Shown in pieces: positions 21,617 to 34,931 of a DNA stretch of 64,000 nt. The notes beneath the pieces were generated by a model, which was not told where the DNA came from, did no database searches, and worked only from the letters and a program-made list of their open reading frames with translations. The stretch covers positions 248,001-312,000 of the forward strand of contig MU005957.1 in the NCBI GenBank assembly GCA_010093745.1, read 5' to 3'. Each line of letters begins with the position of its first letter. The first letter of the stretch is position 1. A program made the position numbers and the translations under genes. Source of the stretch: Piedraia hortae CBS 480.64 (Eukaryota).

Positions 21617-23425
21617 CTATATGGACGTCTGTACGTCACTTTCTTGGGCATTGGAAAGCTGGAAAAACTGGTTTTCCCAAAACCGAATACCGTCAAGGCT
21701 TTGGTCCCGGCAAAGCGCACCCGTGTCTTCTGCCATCTCGAGCTCCTCCGCTGCCACCCCAACGCTCCAGCCAAATCGTTCTGCTGCCTCCTGCGCAGTA
21801 ACCCCTCTACCGAAGCGTAGTCCAAGATGGTCTTGGTAAGTTGTTTCGAGATCCATCTGGGGCTCTTGCAACCAAGAGAGAAGTGCTTCAATGGTCTTTC
21901 CATCCGTCCGACTTCTCTCCTGCACCACAAGCAGCCCACTTTTGAAGCGTCGTAATCGTATAGGTAAATTGAGATCGTTCCACTTTAGTGCTGCTTTTTC
22001 AAAGTCACGAGGCGAGACCAGCTCAATTCCATTTCTTGTGCGATTGAAAACGGCCCATAGATCAACCAATGGCATTATACCGCCTTCGTGGCGCAAAATG
22101 CCTCGGCGATCATCTGTCAGGAATTCTGCCAGATTGCGTGAGAGCTCTTTGATATAAAGTGCTTCAGATCCCAAGCCAGCATCGCTGATCATATCCTTTG
22201 TCGTGGTCAAACCCAGTGCAGACGTAGACTCGAGGATTAGGCTACGATCAGCTGCAGAATCATTATGTGCATTTTGCGTCGCAAATTGTTCTGCCATGGC
22301 GATGACTTCTTTTGCCGATGTCATCAAAGCTTCAAGGTCTTCGAAAGCGGAGCCGATAACCTCTTGATTAGTTTGTCTCAGCTCGATGCCTTTGCGCTCT
22401 AGACCAGCGACACCAACGAGGCGCTGCTGCGACGCAGGAGATTGGTTGCGTCCATCCGAACTCAAGTGTGCAGCCTGAAATTGTTCTTTTACAGACATGA
22501 TCGATCTTGGTGTTGGAGATGGATTTTGTTGTAACCATTTCTGTTGTGCCAAGGCAGCCTTGAGTCGCTCCAGAAAATCCTTTTCACCGCCTGTTCGAAA
22601 GGATAGCTTGACAACATCATTAACTTCGCCATGTATATCTGGACTAACTGACGGTATAGAAGGGCCATTCTCTCCACTGAATTCAGAAGGCTGCAGCGAT
22701 GCCCCACACATTTCACACACAGCCAGTGATGGATGGTTGTGGAATGTGCAGCGTGGGCATGTATTCGCAGTCTCTTGATAAACATCTGGTGCCTTCAAAG
22801 GCGGCCGTAGAGGTGTCAATGAGGATATCTTTGGAGATTCAGTTCTAGGTATCGGCCGTTTGGACATTGCAGCAATGGCAGATTTGATAATCAGTGCCAG
22901 TGGGGGTTTAATACCACAGGCTTGGCAAAGAGGCAGCGGTGTGCTTTGATTTGCTGTTGCTGGGTCAAAAGTTGCTGGAACTGAATTGGAAAAGCCACAG
23001 ATCGGGCATATCCAGGTTGCATTGAGATTACTAGCGGAACTTGAAGGCGGCCTTTGAAAATTTCCTCGTGCTTGGGAGGCTACCTGGGTATCTGGAGATC
23101 TGTGGTCTGGCGCGGAGGTCTGCACTGTTGGCCACTTTGGTGATTTGGGACCAAGGATGATTTTGGGAGAGGACTTGAGAAATCCAGCATATAAGTCAAC
23201 TCGCTCAAGGTCTTTTAAATTGATTGATATGGAAAATCTCCTCGGCTGTTTGTTGTCGACATAGCACAATCGATGTGAAGTTAAGTACACCTGTCCGTCT
23301 TGGTAATCAAGAAGCTTGGACTTGCCTTTGTAAAGGCCGATGCCACCTTGAACACAAAGAAGAGCTTCATCTTCAAGGAGATGTGGCCGAAGCGCTGTGG
23401 TCAAGTCTGGAATAGAAAGGAACAT
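21617..23425 (-). CDS. VPS36: ESCRT-II subunit Vps36 (GLUE with two NZF fingers, winged helix)
   Basis: G.VYLTSHRLCYVD, WICPICGFSN, CPRCTFHNHPSLAVCEMCG, AFEDLEALM..AKE, G.LCRD. Confidence 0.93.
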   Translation of the reverse strand: MFLSIPDLTTALRPHLLEDEALLCVQGGIGLYKGKSKLLDYQDGQVYLTSHRLCYVDNKQPRRFSISINLKDLERVDLYAGFLKSSPKIILGPKSPKWPTVQTSAPDHRSPDTQVASQARGNFQRPPSSSASNLNATWICPICGFSNSVPATFDPATANQSTPLPLCQACGIKPPLALIIKSAIAAMSKRPIPRTESPKISSLTPLRPPLKAPDVYQETANTCPRCTFHNHPSLAVCEMCGASLQPSEFSGENGPSIPSVSPDIHGEVNDVVKLSFRTGGEKDFLERLKAALAQQKWLQQNPSPTPRSIMSVKEQFQAAHLSSDGRNQSPASQQRLVGVAGLERKGIELRQTNQEVIGSAFEDLEALMTSAKEVIAMAEQFATQNAHNDSAADRSLILESTSALGLTTTKDMISDAGLGSEALYIKELSRNLAEFLTDDRRGILRHEGGIMPLVDLWAVFNRTRNGIELVSPRDFEKAALKWNDLNLPIRLRRFKSGLLVVQERSRTDGKTIEALLSWLQEPQMDLETTYQDHLGLRFGRGVTAQEAAERFGWSVGVAAEELEMAEDTGALCRDQSLDGIRFWENQFFQLSNAQESDVQTSI

Positions 23426-23901
23426 CCGCAGTCATGGGATCTAGGAGGTGTATATCCTGGCGAGGTGGGAAGTAGGAAAGGACAGAAAAGAGTTTGGAAT
23501 GTCTGTATTGATGAACCGGACCAAATATGGCTTGGAGTTAAATGGAAAAAAAAAAGAAAGAAATTAGCGCTCACTTGGCCGTATGATTTGTATTGACGCC
23601 TTCCACCGCTCAGGTTTGGACGGTTTGTGCGCGATTCATGAAGGTGCGAGACAGGTCACGTGCATCACGAGCCTCGACGCCTTTTAAAACCTTCCAAAGC
23701 GACCATTCCGACATTCCAGGTCAAATTGCCCGCGCGCGTCACTTTGGCGCGTGGTAGCACGGCGCTCTCTTCGATGAAACGTCCCCTTTCCTTCGCTTCC
23801 TCACAACCTGTTCCTTTGGCGCTCTAACCGGGGCGCAAACGTAGAGCTGACTCGACCAGCCTAATCCAGTCGCCAATCCTAGCCCTGTCGACAAGTCCAC
23901 C

Positions 23902-25392
23902 ATGATACCCACAGAATCGCATCCACCCGCCAAACCGACACGCACACCGCAATGGTCGGCTGAAGTTCGTCAGTATGTTCAACGATCGTTTGACCCAGGA
24001 AATGTTGTGCCGGGACTGGCTCATGCTGAGGTGATGGAGATGCTCAAAAAGATTATCACTAGAGCAGCAGATGAGGGAATCCTCGATACCATTGACTGGA
24101 ACACGCACCCGCTACCGCAGCAGTTGCTGCTCTGTCCCACGAACGGAGCAGAGCGCAGCACACCTGATGTTTTGATGGCTAACACAAAGGACTCGCCACC
24201 ACGCCAAGATCACAATCACGTTACGCCTGGATCTGGGACGAAACGAAGATGCGAAGAAGTCGTACACAGCGGAGACCAGAAGGTGAAGAAAGCCCGGGCT
24301 GAGGCCGATAAAATCTCAGACAACAAAGGAGTGGCCCCGGACGGAAAATTATTCAATATTTCCATTCGTTCAGCCCCCTTCTATCCCGATGCCGAGACTC
24401 TGGAACGACGTCGCCAGCGATTCGGTATTGTCAATGAAGAGGATTCTCCTGCCCCGATGGAAGAGACCAACAACGAAGATAGACACAATATGGGCCCATT
24501 AGTTGGCACCTGCCAAAACCTCGAAAAGCAGTATTTTCGGCTGACTGAACCCCCACCGGCATCGTCTGTGCGGCCGCAAGCTGTGCTCGAAAAATCTCTG
24601 GTACACGTAGTCAATCTGTGGAAGCAAGACCACAACTACCTGTTTGCCTGTGACCAGCTAAAGTCGATACGGCAGGATCTAACAGTGCAACACATCCAAA
24701 ATGAGCTGACAGTTAAGGTATACGAAACGCATGCGCGCATTGCGTTGGAGATGAAAGATCTCGGTGAGTACAACCAGTGCCAGACACAGCTGCGAGCGCT
24801 CTATCGCTCGGGTGTAAACGGCAATCGAGAGGAGTTTACGGCCTACCGCATCCTGTACGTCATCTACACGTGTAATCGAGTCGATATGAACACTGTGCTG
24901 GCCGATCTAACCCACTCTGACAAAGAGACGCCAGGGGTGCGGTTTGCACTGGATGTACGGGCCGCGCTTGCCGCGGGCAACTACCACAGGTTCTTTAGGT
25001 TATATGCCACGGCGCCCTTCCTCTGCCCCTACCTGCTTGACATGGTTATCGAGCGGGAAAGACTCTCTGCCATGGCCGCCATCTGCAGATCGTAGGTCCT
25101 ATGCTGGAAGCATTTGAATGGGCTAACGTTTATCAGTTACAAACCCAGTATTAGCATCCGTTTTCTCGCAAACGAGCTAGCTTTCGATGCCGACATTGGT
25201 GATAAGGTCAGCCATGACGTCGACACGGGAGCCCGCAGATGCCTGGAGTTCATTTGCCGCTACGGAGGCGAGGAGCTTTTCGAGGAACAGGCTGATGGCA
25301 ATGTTCACTTCCTCAGTGGCAAAGCCGGTCGGCTGTTTGAACAAGCCAAGGTGGCTGCTTTTCAGTCGGTCGACATCAAAGGCCAGATATGA
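23902..25392 (+). CDS. SAC3/GANP-family PCI protein, Thp3/LENG8-like
   Basis: VGTCQNLEKQYFRLT, CDQLKSIRQDLTVQHI, YETHARIALE..DLGEYNQCQTQL; intron 25092-25136; C-terminal VDIKGQI. Start uncertain. Confidence 0.88.
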
Positions 25393-26049
25393 TGTACCGT
25401 AGCCTCCCGATTGTTCTATCATACTGAATATTATTGAATACCTTATAAACTGATGGTTGACCGTTTTCGACCGAGGTCCGACGTCGAGTTCGAACGGTTG
25501 GGGGAAAATCAAGGAGGAAGTTGGCAGCACAATGGGGGAGGCTGGAATTTTTTTTTTTTCTATCCGAGACAGATGTCAGATTGGATAATCAGGCAGACAG
25601 ACCTTTGTTCGGGAAGATTCTAGCTACCCATATCCGGCCATCGTTCTTTGTTCCGGACAGCACGTTGGCCCGTTGTTAGGCGTTCATCCGCCCTTTGCGT
25701 GGCGCGGGAGTGGCCGCTTTCGCCTTGTGGTTCCATTCAGTATTTTCGGTGACCGCCACAGCCCACACACTGCTGACATTCGCTCACTGCGCGCCAACGA
25801 CACAAACTGAGCTCGGCGCCCTCGAAACCCTGTGGTCGATCGCGGCGTGTTTCCAACAATACGCGTCTACCTGTAACCCCCTCCCCCACCTGCGACCTTT
25901 CTGCGGCCGTCCTGCGACAGCGATCAGGAAGCTGTGACGAGTGACGGCAACGGCAACGACAGCGCGGCGGCCCGCACGCCCCCTACAAGGCCCCTGAATC
26001 GCGCGTGAAACCGGTGGCCCCTTGATCCGAGAGCCGGGTGGAGCCCAGA

Positions 26050-28006
26050 ATGAAGGTCGGTGACGGACGACGCGGGCTTGACGGGCGCTAACGGCGGTGC
26101 AGTTTCGACGGTCGATCAAGAGCGAGAGCCGCGGCGACGTGGCGAGGCCGCTGGCGAACAGCGTGCCACACAAGGACGCCATGGCCATCGAGCCCCCAAA
26201 GAAGGTAGGCGGCCCGACGAACGTGCGGTGACAGGGGACGCAGCTAATGTGGCGCAGGTGATCAAGGCCCTCTACGACTACCATGCGCCGCCCGATCAGG
26301 TCATCTACCTGTCTTTCTCCGCCGGCGACTTTCTGCACGTGCTGAGCCGCGAAAACGATCCCGACTGGTACGAGGCCTGCAATCCGCTTGCCAAGACGCG
26401 CGGCCTGGTGCCGGCAAAGTTCTTTCAGACGGTTGGCAAGACTGTGCGCGACAGCATCGCCTCGACCCACCCGACCCACGACAGCGGCTACGTCGAGGGC
26501 CCCACGCCTCTTGTGCGGCCTGCCACCATGAGCGCCGCCGACATACGCCGCTCGAGCAAGTCCACGGGGCGCGCCGGCGGCGGTCTCTATGGCGTCGTCA
26601 TGTACGACTTCAGCGCCGAGCGGCCCGACGAGCTCGAGGCCAAGGCAGGCGAGGCCATCATCGTCATCGCCCAGTCAAACCCCGAGTGGTTCGTGGCCAA
26701 ACCCATAACGCGCCTCGGCGGGCCCGGTCTCATTCCTGTCTCTTTCATCGAGATCCGCGACATGACGACCAACCAGCCCGTCGCTGATACTGCCGCTGCC
26801 GTCGCCAAGGCCGGCATTCCGCGTGTCGAGGAGTGGAAGAAGCTGGCGGTCGAGTACAAGAACACCAGCATTCCGCTCGGGTCGGTGTCGAACAGCCAAC
26901 AGGTACAAAACGTGCAGCAGGCCATGGATCGCATGAGCCTCAGCTCGACGGCGCCGTCCAACGGCCACAGCACCGCTCGACAGTCGGCCACCAGCTACAC
27001 CTTCCACCAGCAGCAGCAACAGAACCTTTACGCGCCCGAACGGGTGTCGGTGCCGCGCTATGTTTATGTCGATGACAACTTTTTTTTCATCGTCGAGTGC
27101 AAGCTCTCCAACGGCACCCATTGGGATCTCTCGCGTGTCTACAAGGACTTTTACGAGCTGCAGATCAACCTCATCAACGCGTTTCCCGAAGAAGCGGGCA
27201 AGGGCGACAAACAACGCACGCTGCCGTTCATGCCGGGACCCGTCAAGTATGTCACGGGCGCCATTTGCGATGGCCGCAGAGCGAGTTTGGACTCGTACCT
27301 GCGCAATCTGCTGTATCTGAGCCCCAAAATCACCTGTTCGTCGATTGTGCGCAACTTCTTCGCTCCCCGTGAGGGCGATTACGAGGTTGATCCCAACGCC
27401 GTGGACCTCGAAACCCACGCGAGACCGCCAGACACGCGTGACAGATACTCGCAAATGTCACAGAACTCGGTCGTGGCCGGTGGCTATCAGACCTCCAGCG
27501 TCCGGGAAATGTCCAGCGGGTCCTCGCAACACCACTACTTCTCATCCCAAGGCTCTTCCACCCCCAACAGCTATACACGAGGCTCCGTTGTCCAATCAAA
27601 TGGCCATGATCGACCGTCTCTAGACGGCAGGACACATAGTGAAATCCGCGAGGCATCGACAGCTCCCTTGGCCCAGGATCTCCCCGCAGCCGGCCCCGTC
27701 GCCCACACTACCGCCGGAACTTCGGTCAAGGTCAAGGCGTGGTACGACCGTGACACATGTGTGGTGCTTAAGATGCCGCCACGAGGCCAGTTCACCTTTG
27801 ACGAACTATACCAACGCGTTGCCGAGCGAAGAAAGATTGAGTTCAAGGACAATCCCGACGCGCAACTCGACGTTGAGCTCGATATCGAATACCGAGACGA
27901 GCAAGACGGCGACTACTACCGGCTGGTCGGGGACGAGGATCTCGACATTGCCATGGAACGCAACGAAAAGCTCACGTTGGCGGTGCGCGTGGCGGACCAG
28001 TCATGA
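26050..28006 (+). CDS. BEM1: Polarity scaffold Bem1/Scd2 (SH3-SH3-PX-PB1)
   Basis: Exons 26050-26055, 26103-26204 and 26258-28006 give MKFRRSIK...PPKKVIKALYDY. Second SH3 YDFSAERPDEL; PX LSRVYKDFYELQ..LPFMPGP; PB1 YRDEQDGD. Confidence 0.93.
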
Positions 28007-28773
28007 GAATCTCTGCAGCCTTGAGCGAAAAATGTGTCCCCCAGTCTTTTTTCTGTTCATGTATGAATGGCACGATACTTGCATTAAGCGACCGGCAGGG
28101 TTGGGCGGGCTAGGATATTATGAGAATCACGACTCACGAAACGGATACGGATGCGGCTTTCTTTTTTTCAGGGTCGGGTATGCGTTACTGTACGTTCTTA
28201 TTCTCTGTATATACACCTGATTGTGCCTTGCCAGGCCATGGCTGACAAGTGTGTCGTTTACACCGCTTGCCTAGCCAATCAACGCTAGAAGTGAGCTATC
28301 TGATGGAGCTATACATTCCATGAGCGTTAGTTATGTTCCCGGTCAGTATTCAGCCACATGGAGAGGGCAGGATATTGGAGACAAGTCTATTCTTGACCTA
28401 TGTAGGTATGTCTGTTAATTGAAGCCTCGGTGTAGTTGCTAGCAGCAAGGGACTTCATTGATAGCGTAGATCATGATTATTTTTTTTTTTTGCCAAATGG
28501 TTTCTTTGAGCCTACACACAATGGGATTGACCTGAAAACTTTTTGTTTAGGTTGCTAGAAATAGATGGGTTTAACCCGATTAGGCAGTTATGTAGACCCT
28601 GCAGTTGGAAAAAACTGGAGACGGCACGGCCCGAGACGGTTGTCCTAGCAACGGCTTGTATCGCGACAATCTCTCCGCCAAGGCGTCCTAGCATCTACCG
28701 TGACTCTCTCTCTCTCTCTCTTGCTTGTATCGACCGTAACCGCCGCTATTCTATTCTTTCGTTTCCAGGCATC

Positions 28774-31700
28774 ATGCCAGCGCGCCAAATGCCGGATGGC
28801 CATGGCCCTCCGCCTGGCTACAATGAAGACGTCAACAGTGGGTCGAGTTTGCGACTGCTGACACACGGCGACGACTCATACAGGCCTTCGTCTCAACAAG
28901 GTACCGATCCGGATTTTGAGGAATATCCCCACCCGGCTACACACAATTCTCCCCTCATCTCACCTTCGACGGGCTACAATGACAGCGACTTGAGCAGTTT
29001 ATTGCGGGATGTGGAAAATGATCTGTCGCGACAGCCTCGTCCGCGCGCACCCAGAACAAGGACAGCAAAGGTTAGGTTCAAGCCTAGGGAGAATGTGATT
29101 CCAAGCCCAAGTGAGCCAATTGTGGATGACCAATCACCGAGTCCCTTGGCAAGAACATATTATCCGCCTTCAGGGTCTGGAGTATCTCACTCGCGACAGC
29201 CGTCAGTGCTCGACAATGCTCCAGATCTACGCCCCTCAGCTACGGACCCGGCATCCTTTGTGCCATTTAGACCGGCTTCGCGGGCATCGACATCTCCAAC
29301 TCGGCCCCTTTCTCCCCTCCGAACTTCTGTAGACTATACAAGACCACCTGCAACCAGCAATCCATTCGAACCAGCAGATCTCAATGGTGCACCACGCCCA
29401 GGAACGCCTTCTACAATGTATGGCGGATCCCCCCGACGACCGCTGCCGCCTCAGCCGTTATTTGCCGGTGGACGGCCTCCGTCATTTGACGTCGCTCGAG
29501 ATGACCGGTCAGAGATGTTCACTGTGCCCATTGATGACGACGGCGATGACCCCTTCAGGTCGCCCGAAGACCATGAGGATGATGATGGCATGACTATGGG
29601 TGAACGGCCGCAGCCACGAACTCACGACAGTTTCGCATCGTCATCAGCATTGAGCGACGGGACTTATGATGAGAAAGACGAGGAACTGTATGGCCCGGCT
29701 CCCTCGGGCAAGCAGGAGAGGCGTGGCGTCCGACAGGCGCAAATGTCGAAGAAGGAAGTCAAGTTGATCAATGGAGAGCTGATTCTGGAGTGCAAAATCC
29801 CGACTATCCTCTACTCCTTTCTGCCACGACGAGATGACGTTGAGTTTACGCACATGCGGTATACCGCAGTGACCTGCGACCCTGATGACTTTGTCGACCG
29901 CGGCTACAAACTCCGGCAGAATGTGGGCTTCACAAGTCGCGAGACTGAGTTGTTCATCTGCATTACCATGTACAATGAGAACGAAATCGACTTCACGCGC
30001 ACAATGCACGGCGTGATGCGCAATATTTCGCATTTCTGCAGCCGTGCCAAGTCCCGTACATGGGGAAAGGATGGATGGCAGAAAATCGTTGTCTGTATCG
30101 TATCGGACGGACGAGGCAAGGTGCATCCACGCACTCTAGATGCATTGGCCGCCATGGGTTGTTACCAATCTGGTATCGCGAAGAACTTGGTCAACCAACG
30201 AGAGGTCACGGCACATGTCTACGAATACACGACACAGGTCTCACTGGACGCTGACTTGAAATTCAAAGGAGCAGAAAAAGGAATCGTGCCTTGTCAGATA
30301 ATCTTTTGCCTGAAAGAGAAGAATGCAAAGAAGCTGAACAGTCATCGCTGGTTCTTCAACGCATTCGGTCGAGCTCTTAATCCCAATGTCTGCATTTTGC
30401 TGGATGTAGGAACCAGACCGGGCGATGACTCACTCTATCACTTGTGGAAAGCCTTTGATCGAGACTCGAGCGTGGCTGGTGCTGCTGGTGAGATCAAGGC
30501 CGCCAAAGGTCGTGCATGGAGGCAGCTGCTGAATCCGCTGGTTGCCTCGCAGAATTTCGAGTACAAAATGTCTAATATCCTCGACAAGCCGCTGGAGTCG
30601 GTTTTCGGCTACATCACTGTGTTGCCGGGCGCCCTGAGTGCATATCGCTACCATGCCCTGCAAAACGACGAGACGGGCCATGGCCCGTTAAGCCAATATT
30701 TCAAGGGTGAGACGCTGCACGGCCAGGATGCCGATGTTTTTACCGCCAACATGTACCTGGCTGAAGACCGAATTCTGTGCTGGGAGCTCATTGCCAAGCG
30801 CAGCGAACGATGGGTGCTCAAGTTTGTGCGCAGTGCAACCGGAGAGACGGACGTGCCAGATGCCGTACCGGAATTCATCTCACAGCGTCGCCGTTGGCTC
30901 AACGGTGCCTTTTTCGCCGCAGTCTACTCGCTTCTGCACTTCCGGCAGGTCTGGAGCACCGATCATACACTCGCCCGAAAACTCTTACTGCACATTGAGT
31001 TTGTATACCAGTTCGTCTCGCTGCTTTTCACCTTCTTTTCTCTCGGCAACTTCTACCTGACCTTCTACTTTGTCGCTGGCTCGCTCGCCGATCCCAAGAC
31101 GGATCCCTTTGGCCACGGCATTGGCCACATCATCTTTCTCTTTCTCCGCTACATTTGCGTTCTGCTCATCATGATGCAATTTGTCCTTGCCATGGGCAAT
31201 CGCCCACAAGGCGCCCGCAAGATGTTTTTAGGCTCCATGATCACCTTTGCCTTTATCATGATCTACACCACCTTTGCGGCAATCTACATCATCGTCCGCG
31301 AATTCACGGTTAAAGACAACCCCGTCAAAGTCGGCGACAACCTCTTCACGAACCTCATCATTAGCATCATGTCGACCGTGGGCCTCTATTTCCTCATGTC
31401 CTTCCTCTACCTCGACCCATGGCACATGTTCACCAGCTCAGCGCAATACTTTGCCCTACTCCCCTCCTACCTCTGCACTCTCCAAGCCTACGCCTTCTGT
31501 AACGCGCACGACGTAACCTGGGGCACGAAAGGCGACAACGTCATCAACAAAGACCTGGGCGTGGCCAAAGCGAACAAACATGGCACCGTCGAGCTCGACA
31601 TGCCATCCGAACAACTCGACATCGACTCTGGCTATGACGAAGCTTTGCGAAACCTCCGCGACCGCGTCGAAGTCCCCGTCCCTCCCGTCCCCGAATCCCA

Positions 31701-32148
31701 ACTCCAAGAAGACTACTACCGCGCAGTACGAACCTACGTCGTCATCGTATGGTTAACATGCAACGCGATTCTCGTTATGGCCGTAAGCGACGCTTACGGG
31801 AACACGCACGTGGGGAACAATTTTTACCTCTCCTTCATCTTATGGTCTGTAGCCGGATTGGCGCTTTTCCGTGCCATAGGATCGGCTGCGTTTGGGGTTA
31901 TTAATATTGTTCATGCGATTATGGATGGGAAGTTGAAGTTTCAGACGAAGAGGGGCACGAGTGTGGAGGCTAAGCCGAAGAAGGCTCCGCGTGTGCCAAA
32001 GCCGAGACGGAATTGGGCGAAACCGAAGTTGGGGAAGCCCGCGTGGGTTAGTTCTACGGGCTTGTGGGTGGGTTCCACAGGGTCGTGGATTAGTTCGAAA
32101 GCGAGTAGTTGGACCCCGAGTAGTATTGGGAGTAATTTTGGGAGGTGA
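28774..32148 (+). CDS. Chitin synthase (GT2), division 1, most likely class II
   Basis: [47 protein letters not shown] region typical of class II; likely ATG 28774; apparently intronless. Confidence 0.95.
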   Translation: MPARQMPDGHGPPPGYNEDVNSGSSLRLLTHGDDSYRPSSQQGTDPDFEEYPHPATHNSPLISPSTGYNDSDLSSLLRDVENDLSRQPRPRAPRTRTAKVRFKPRENVIPSPSEPIVDDQSPSPLARTYYPPSGSGVSHSRQPSVLDNAPDLRPSATDPASFVPFRPASRASTSPTRPLSPLRTSVDYTRPPATSNPFEPADLNGAPRPGTPSTMYGGSPRRPLPPQPLFAGGRPPSFDVARDDRSEMFTVPIDDDGDDPFRSPEDHEDDDGMTMGERPQPRTHDSFASSSALSDGTYDEKDEELYGPAPSGKQERRGVRQAQMSKKEVKLINGELILECKIPTILYSFLPRRDDVEFTHMRYTAVTCDPDDFVDRGYKLRQNVGFTSRETELFICITMYNENEIDFTRTMHGVMRNISHFCSRAKSRTWGKDGWQKIVVCIVSDGRGKVHPRTLDALAAMGCYQSGIAKNLVNQREVTAHVYEYTTQVSLDADLKFKGAEKGIVPCQIIFCLKEKNAKKLNSHRWFFNAFGRALNPNVCILLDVGTRPGDDSLYHLWKAFDRDSSVAGAAGEIKAAKGRAWRQLLNPLVASQNFEYKMSNILDKPLESVFGYITVLPGALSAYRYHALQNDETGHGPLSQYFKGETLHGQDADVFTANMYLAEDRILCWELIAKRSERWVLKFVRSATGETDVPDAVPEFISQRRRWLNGAFFAAVYSLLHFRQVWSTDHTLARKLLLHIEFVYQFVSLLFTFFSLGNFYLTFYFVAGSLADPKTDPFGHGIGHIIFLFLRYICVLLIMMQFVLAMGNRPQGARKMFLGSMITFAFIMIYTTFAAIYIIVREFTVKDNPVKVGDNLFTNLIISIMSTVGLYFLMSFLYLDPWHMFTSSAQYFALLPSYLCTLQAYAFCNAHDVTWGTKGDNVINKDLGVAKANKHGTVELDMPSEQLDIDSGYDEALRNLRDRVEVPVPPVPESQLQEDYYRAVRTYVVIVWLTCNAILVMAVSDAYGNTHVGNNFYLSFILWSVAGLALFRAIGSAAFGVINIVHAIMDGKLKFQTKRGTSVEAKPKKAPRVPKPRRNWAKPKLGKPAWVSSTGLWVGSTGSWISSKASSWTPSSIGSNFGR

Positions 32149-32512
32149 TGAGGTTATGAGTTATGCAGAGTCTTTTTTTGTCCTTTTGGTGTTTTATGTA
32201 TATGGCATTCCATCCTTTACTGGGGATTTCTATGGAGGTTACGCGACCCCGTCGAGGTACTGCGAGGGCTTTCAATCGCTTTTACTTTATCGATTGGCGT
32301 GGCCATCGACGGTTTGTAAAATCCACCTGCGTAGGCTCTTTGCTATATGTTCATCCATCCATCTTCGATTTATAGGCCAGCGATCATGTCTAGGTTCATT
32401 GTGCTTCCAAATACTTCCTGCGACATTGGCTGCCACACCAGTCTTTCATATTTCTTTTTCAGAAAAGTCTACCATTTGCTATTGCCAGCGTCGCTCAAGT
32501 TCATATTCGGTT

Positions 32513-32683
32513 AGATGGCGTCGCATGATTTGGCGGGCCATTGCATCTTTCTGCTAGCAACCTTGTAATCATCCAGCAACCCAAGGTTATACTCGGATAG
32601 GTGACGACGCATGACTTGGCATGCCTTTGCACCCTTCTACTAACAGTCTTATGGTCATCCAATAGCTCGAGATCGTACTCGAT
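32513..32683. repeat. Imperfect tandem duplication of about 85 bp (two units plus a partial third on the left)
   Basis: 32513-32598 aligns along its length with 32599-32683 (e.g. cgcatgatttggcgggccattgca vs cgcatgacttggcatgcctttgca). Confidence 0.75.
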
Positions 32684-34931
32684 AAGGAAGCACCGCAAAA
32701 GCTTACGGACTTTGCGGTCTCCGACGCGTTTTTATCCTCTTGCTCCTCCAGCTCAGGCGTTTAATCAGTTTGCCTAGTCGATCCTTCACAACCTCTCTAA
32801 GACATACGGAACTGTTGGCAATGATCTCCTTGTCGCTGTCCATGGTCTTCTCAAGGCTATTGGGTATACAAGGGTTAACGGTTTTTCCTTTACCATGCTC
32901 ATAATATTACGATTTTGGGTATGATGATACCTAATAGTCAAGGTATCATCCTTCAGGTGCGATTGTGCCCTTCAGCCATCCACAATGTCTCTGTGTTGTA
33001 GATTCCTTAAAGGCTTGCAACAACTCCATTCCCGTTCGGCGGAACAAAGGACCCGAGAAACGCAGCATCTCTATCTGAGTTACCGCGTGAGTCATCATGA
33101 TAACAAGATGGCATCCCGTATGAAGAAACATTGCATGGATCAGATATGTATGGCCGTTACATGCGATACGCTTGCTGCTCAAGTGCGTCCTCGGTAGCTA
33201 GAGACTGGTTGTTATCACCATCAAAATGGCGGGGGCATTCCCCATGGTGCAATGCGTCTGAACATCAAGGTATGACAGTGTCCCAGTCGGATGAATCAAC
33301 TGGCGAATTGCAAAATCTTTTCCAGTACGTGAACTTCACGTCAGCATGTTCTCCCAGCCGTGGTACCACAAACTGTGAGTTTTCTTCATGAAAATGTCGA
33401 AACCCGTTTGGACTGGGGAGCCTGAAACGTACCAGACACCCTCTGGAGACTCCGATGACAGTTGTGGCTGTACGATTGGCCACTACAGGACATTCGCTCG
33501 CCCTGGACTCCATAATATAGTTGAATGGCTTTTGTTCCAACAATTTGAGGTGGTGTGTAGTGGTTGATCACGTGTGTGCCCGCATCCGCGTCGTAGGCCC
33601 ACATGTTTAACAGGTCTTAGCCTTTTTGTCTTCATTATGGCTTTGGTCGCCTCTTGGGTTACGTTGATATTCTCAAAAGTTTTAAGAGGTGCAGACCAGT
33701 CGTCAGATTGAGATGACGATGCACTATTTTTGGATTCGTGCATGCACGTGCAAAAGGTCCGATGCGGGAATGGTCTTGTCCGCTCAGTTGGTGGTAGCTT
33801 CCTTACTGAGTTGAGGAAATCTTTGGACATGGAATAAGAGAGCTGCATCCACGCTTTCGCTCATGTTGCTTGTCTTCCATGGTCGGCAGCGCTCGAGCTG
33901 CAACTGATCGACAGCTCCTGCACGATTGAAGAGTTAGAAAGAGCGAGCAGGATCTGCATCCGAAGTTACATTCAGCTTTGTAAAGAAGCGCACCCCGCTC
34001 AGGCGGCCAAGGGTATTGTCCACCCGCTGGATGGGGTACGCGTCGCCTATGATCACCGCGTTGAGTGTCCTGTAATCGATACAGACTCAGACGCCGCCAG
34101 ACGGCCTTCGTGCAAAGAGCACAGACGAAGCTATTGGTGACGAGCTTTAGCAAATAAAACTCTTCGCGAAGTTGTTATCCAGTCTTGCATCCAGCATGGC
34201 CTGTTCCACCGAAGACGTAGTGTATGGTATAGCCATGGACAGCTCAGAGTCGGGCAGGAGCTTGATTTCGTGGTCGAGGCGTGGGTGATGGCCCTTGGCC
34301 GCGAAGAACAGTGAGCACCCTGTTGTTCGGGAGACGTTGTTGTTGATAGCAGTCTGGATGGCTGCGGGCATGGTTACTAACCTTCCGCTGCAATGTGGAG
34401 TACTTCAGAGAAGACGCTATAGCGTCCTCTCTGAAAAATGGCATGGGTGACTACATTTGAGGCTTAGGAGTCGAAAACGCATAGTCAGAGTATTTTGAAA
34501 TTTCATCACCTGCTCTAGATTTCTCTCCCCATCTAGCGCGATGAGACCTGGGTCAGACGGGTCAGGCCACTGGTAAAAGGCAGGTGGTCAGGGTCTTCGA
34601 GAGTTTTCTAGGAGTTTCCTCGGGCGATGAGGTCACAGCATTGCGTGACCACGACAAATGCAGTTCGGTCCACAGTGGATTCGCGGGGGGCTTGCACCTA
34701 GCACTAGCTCTTTGTAGGCTGGCTTATTTGGTATTCTATAGTGCGTGCTCCCGTTGATCTCCACTCAAGCCACCGTACTCGTCCCCACTTCCCGATCGCG
34801 TTGCCCTATCGTCGTACACAATCGCACTACCACCGCACACATTTTTCACGCTAACAATTTGCCTCGCACCGCGGGAACAACAAGTTCGAATTGTTTCGTT
34901 ATTGTGCTCTTTCCCAACGCACGGCTCCAGG

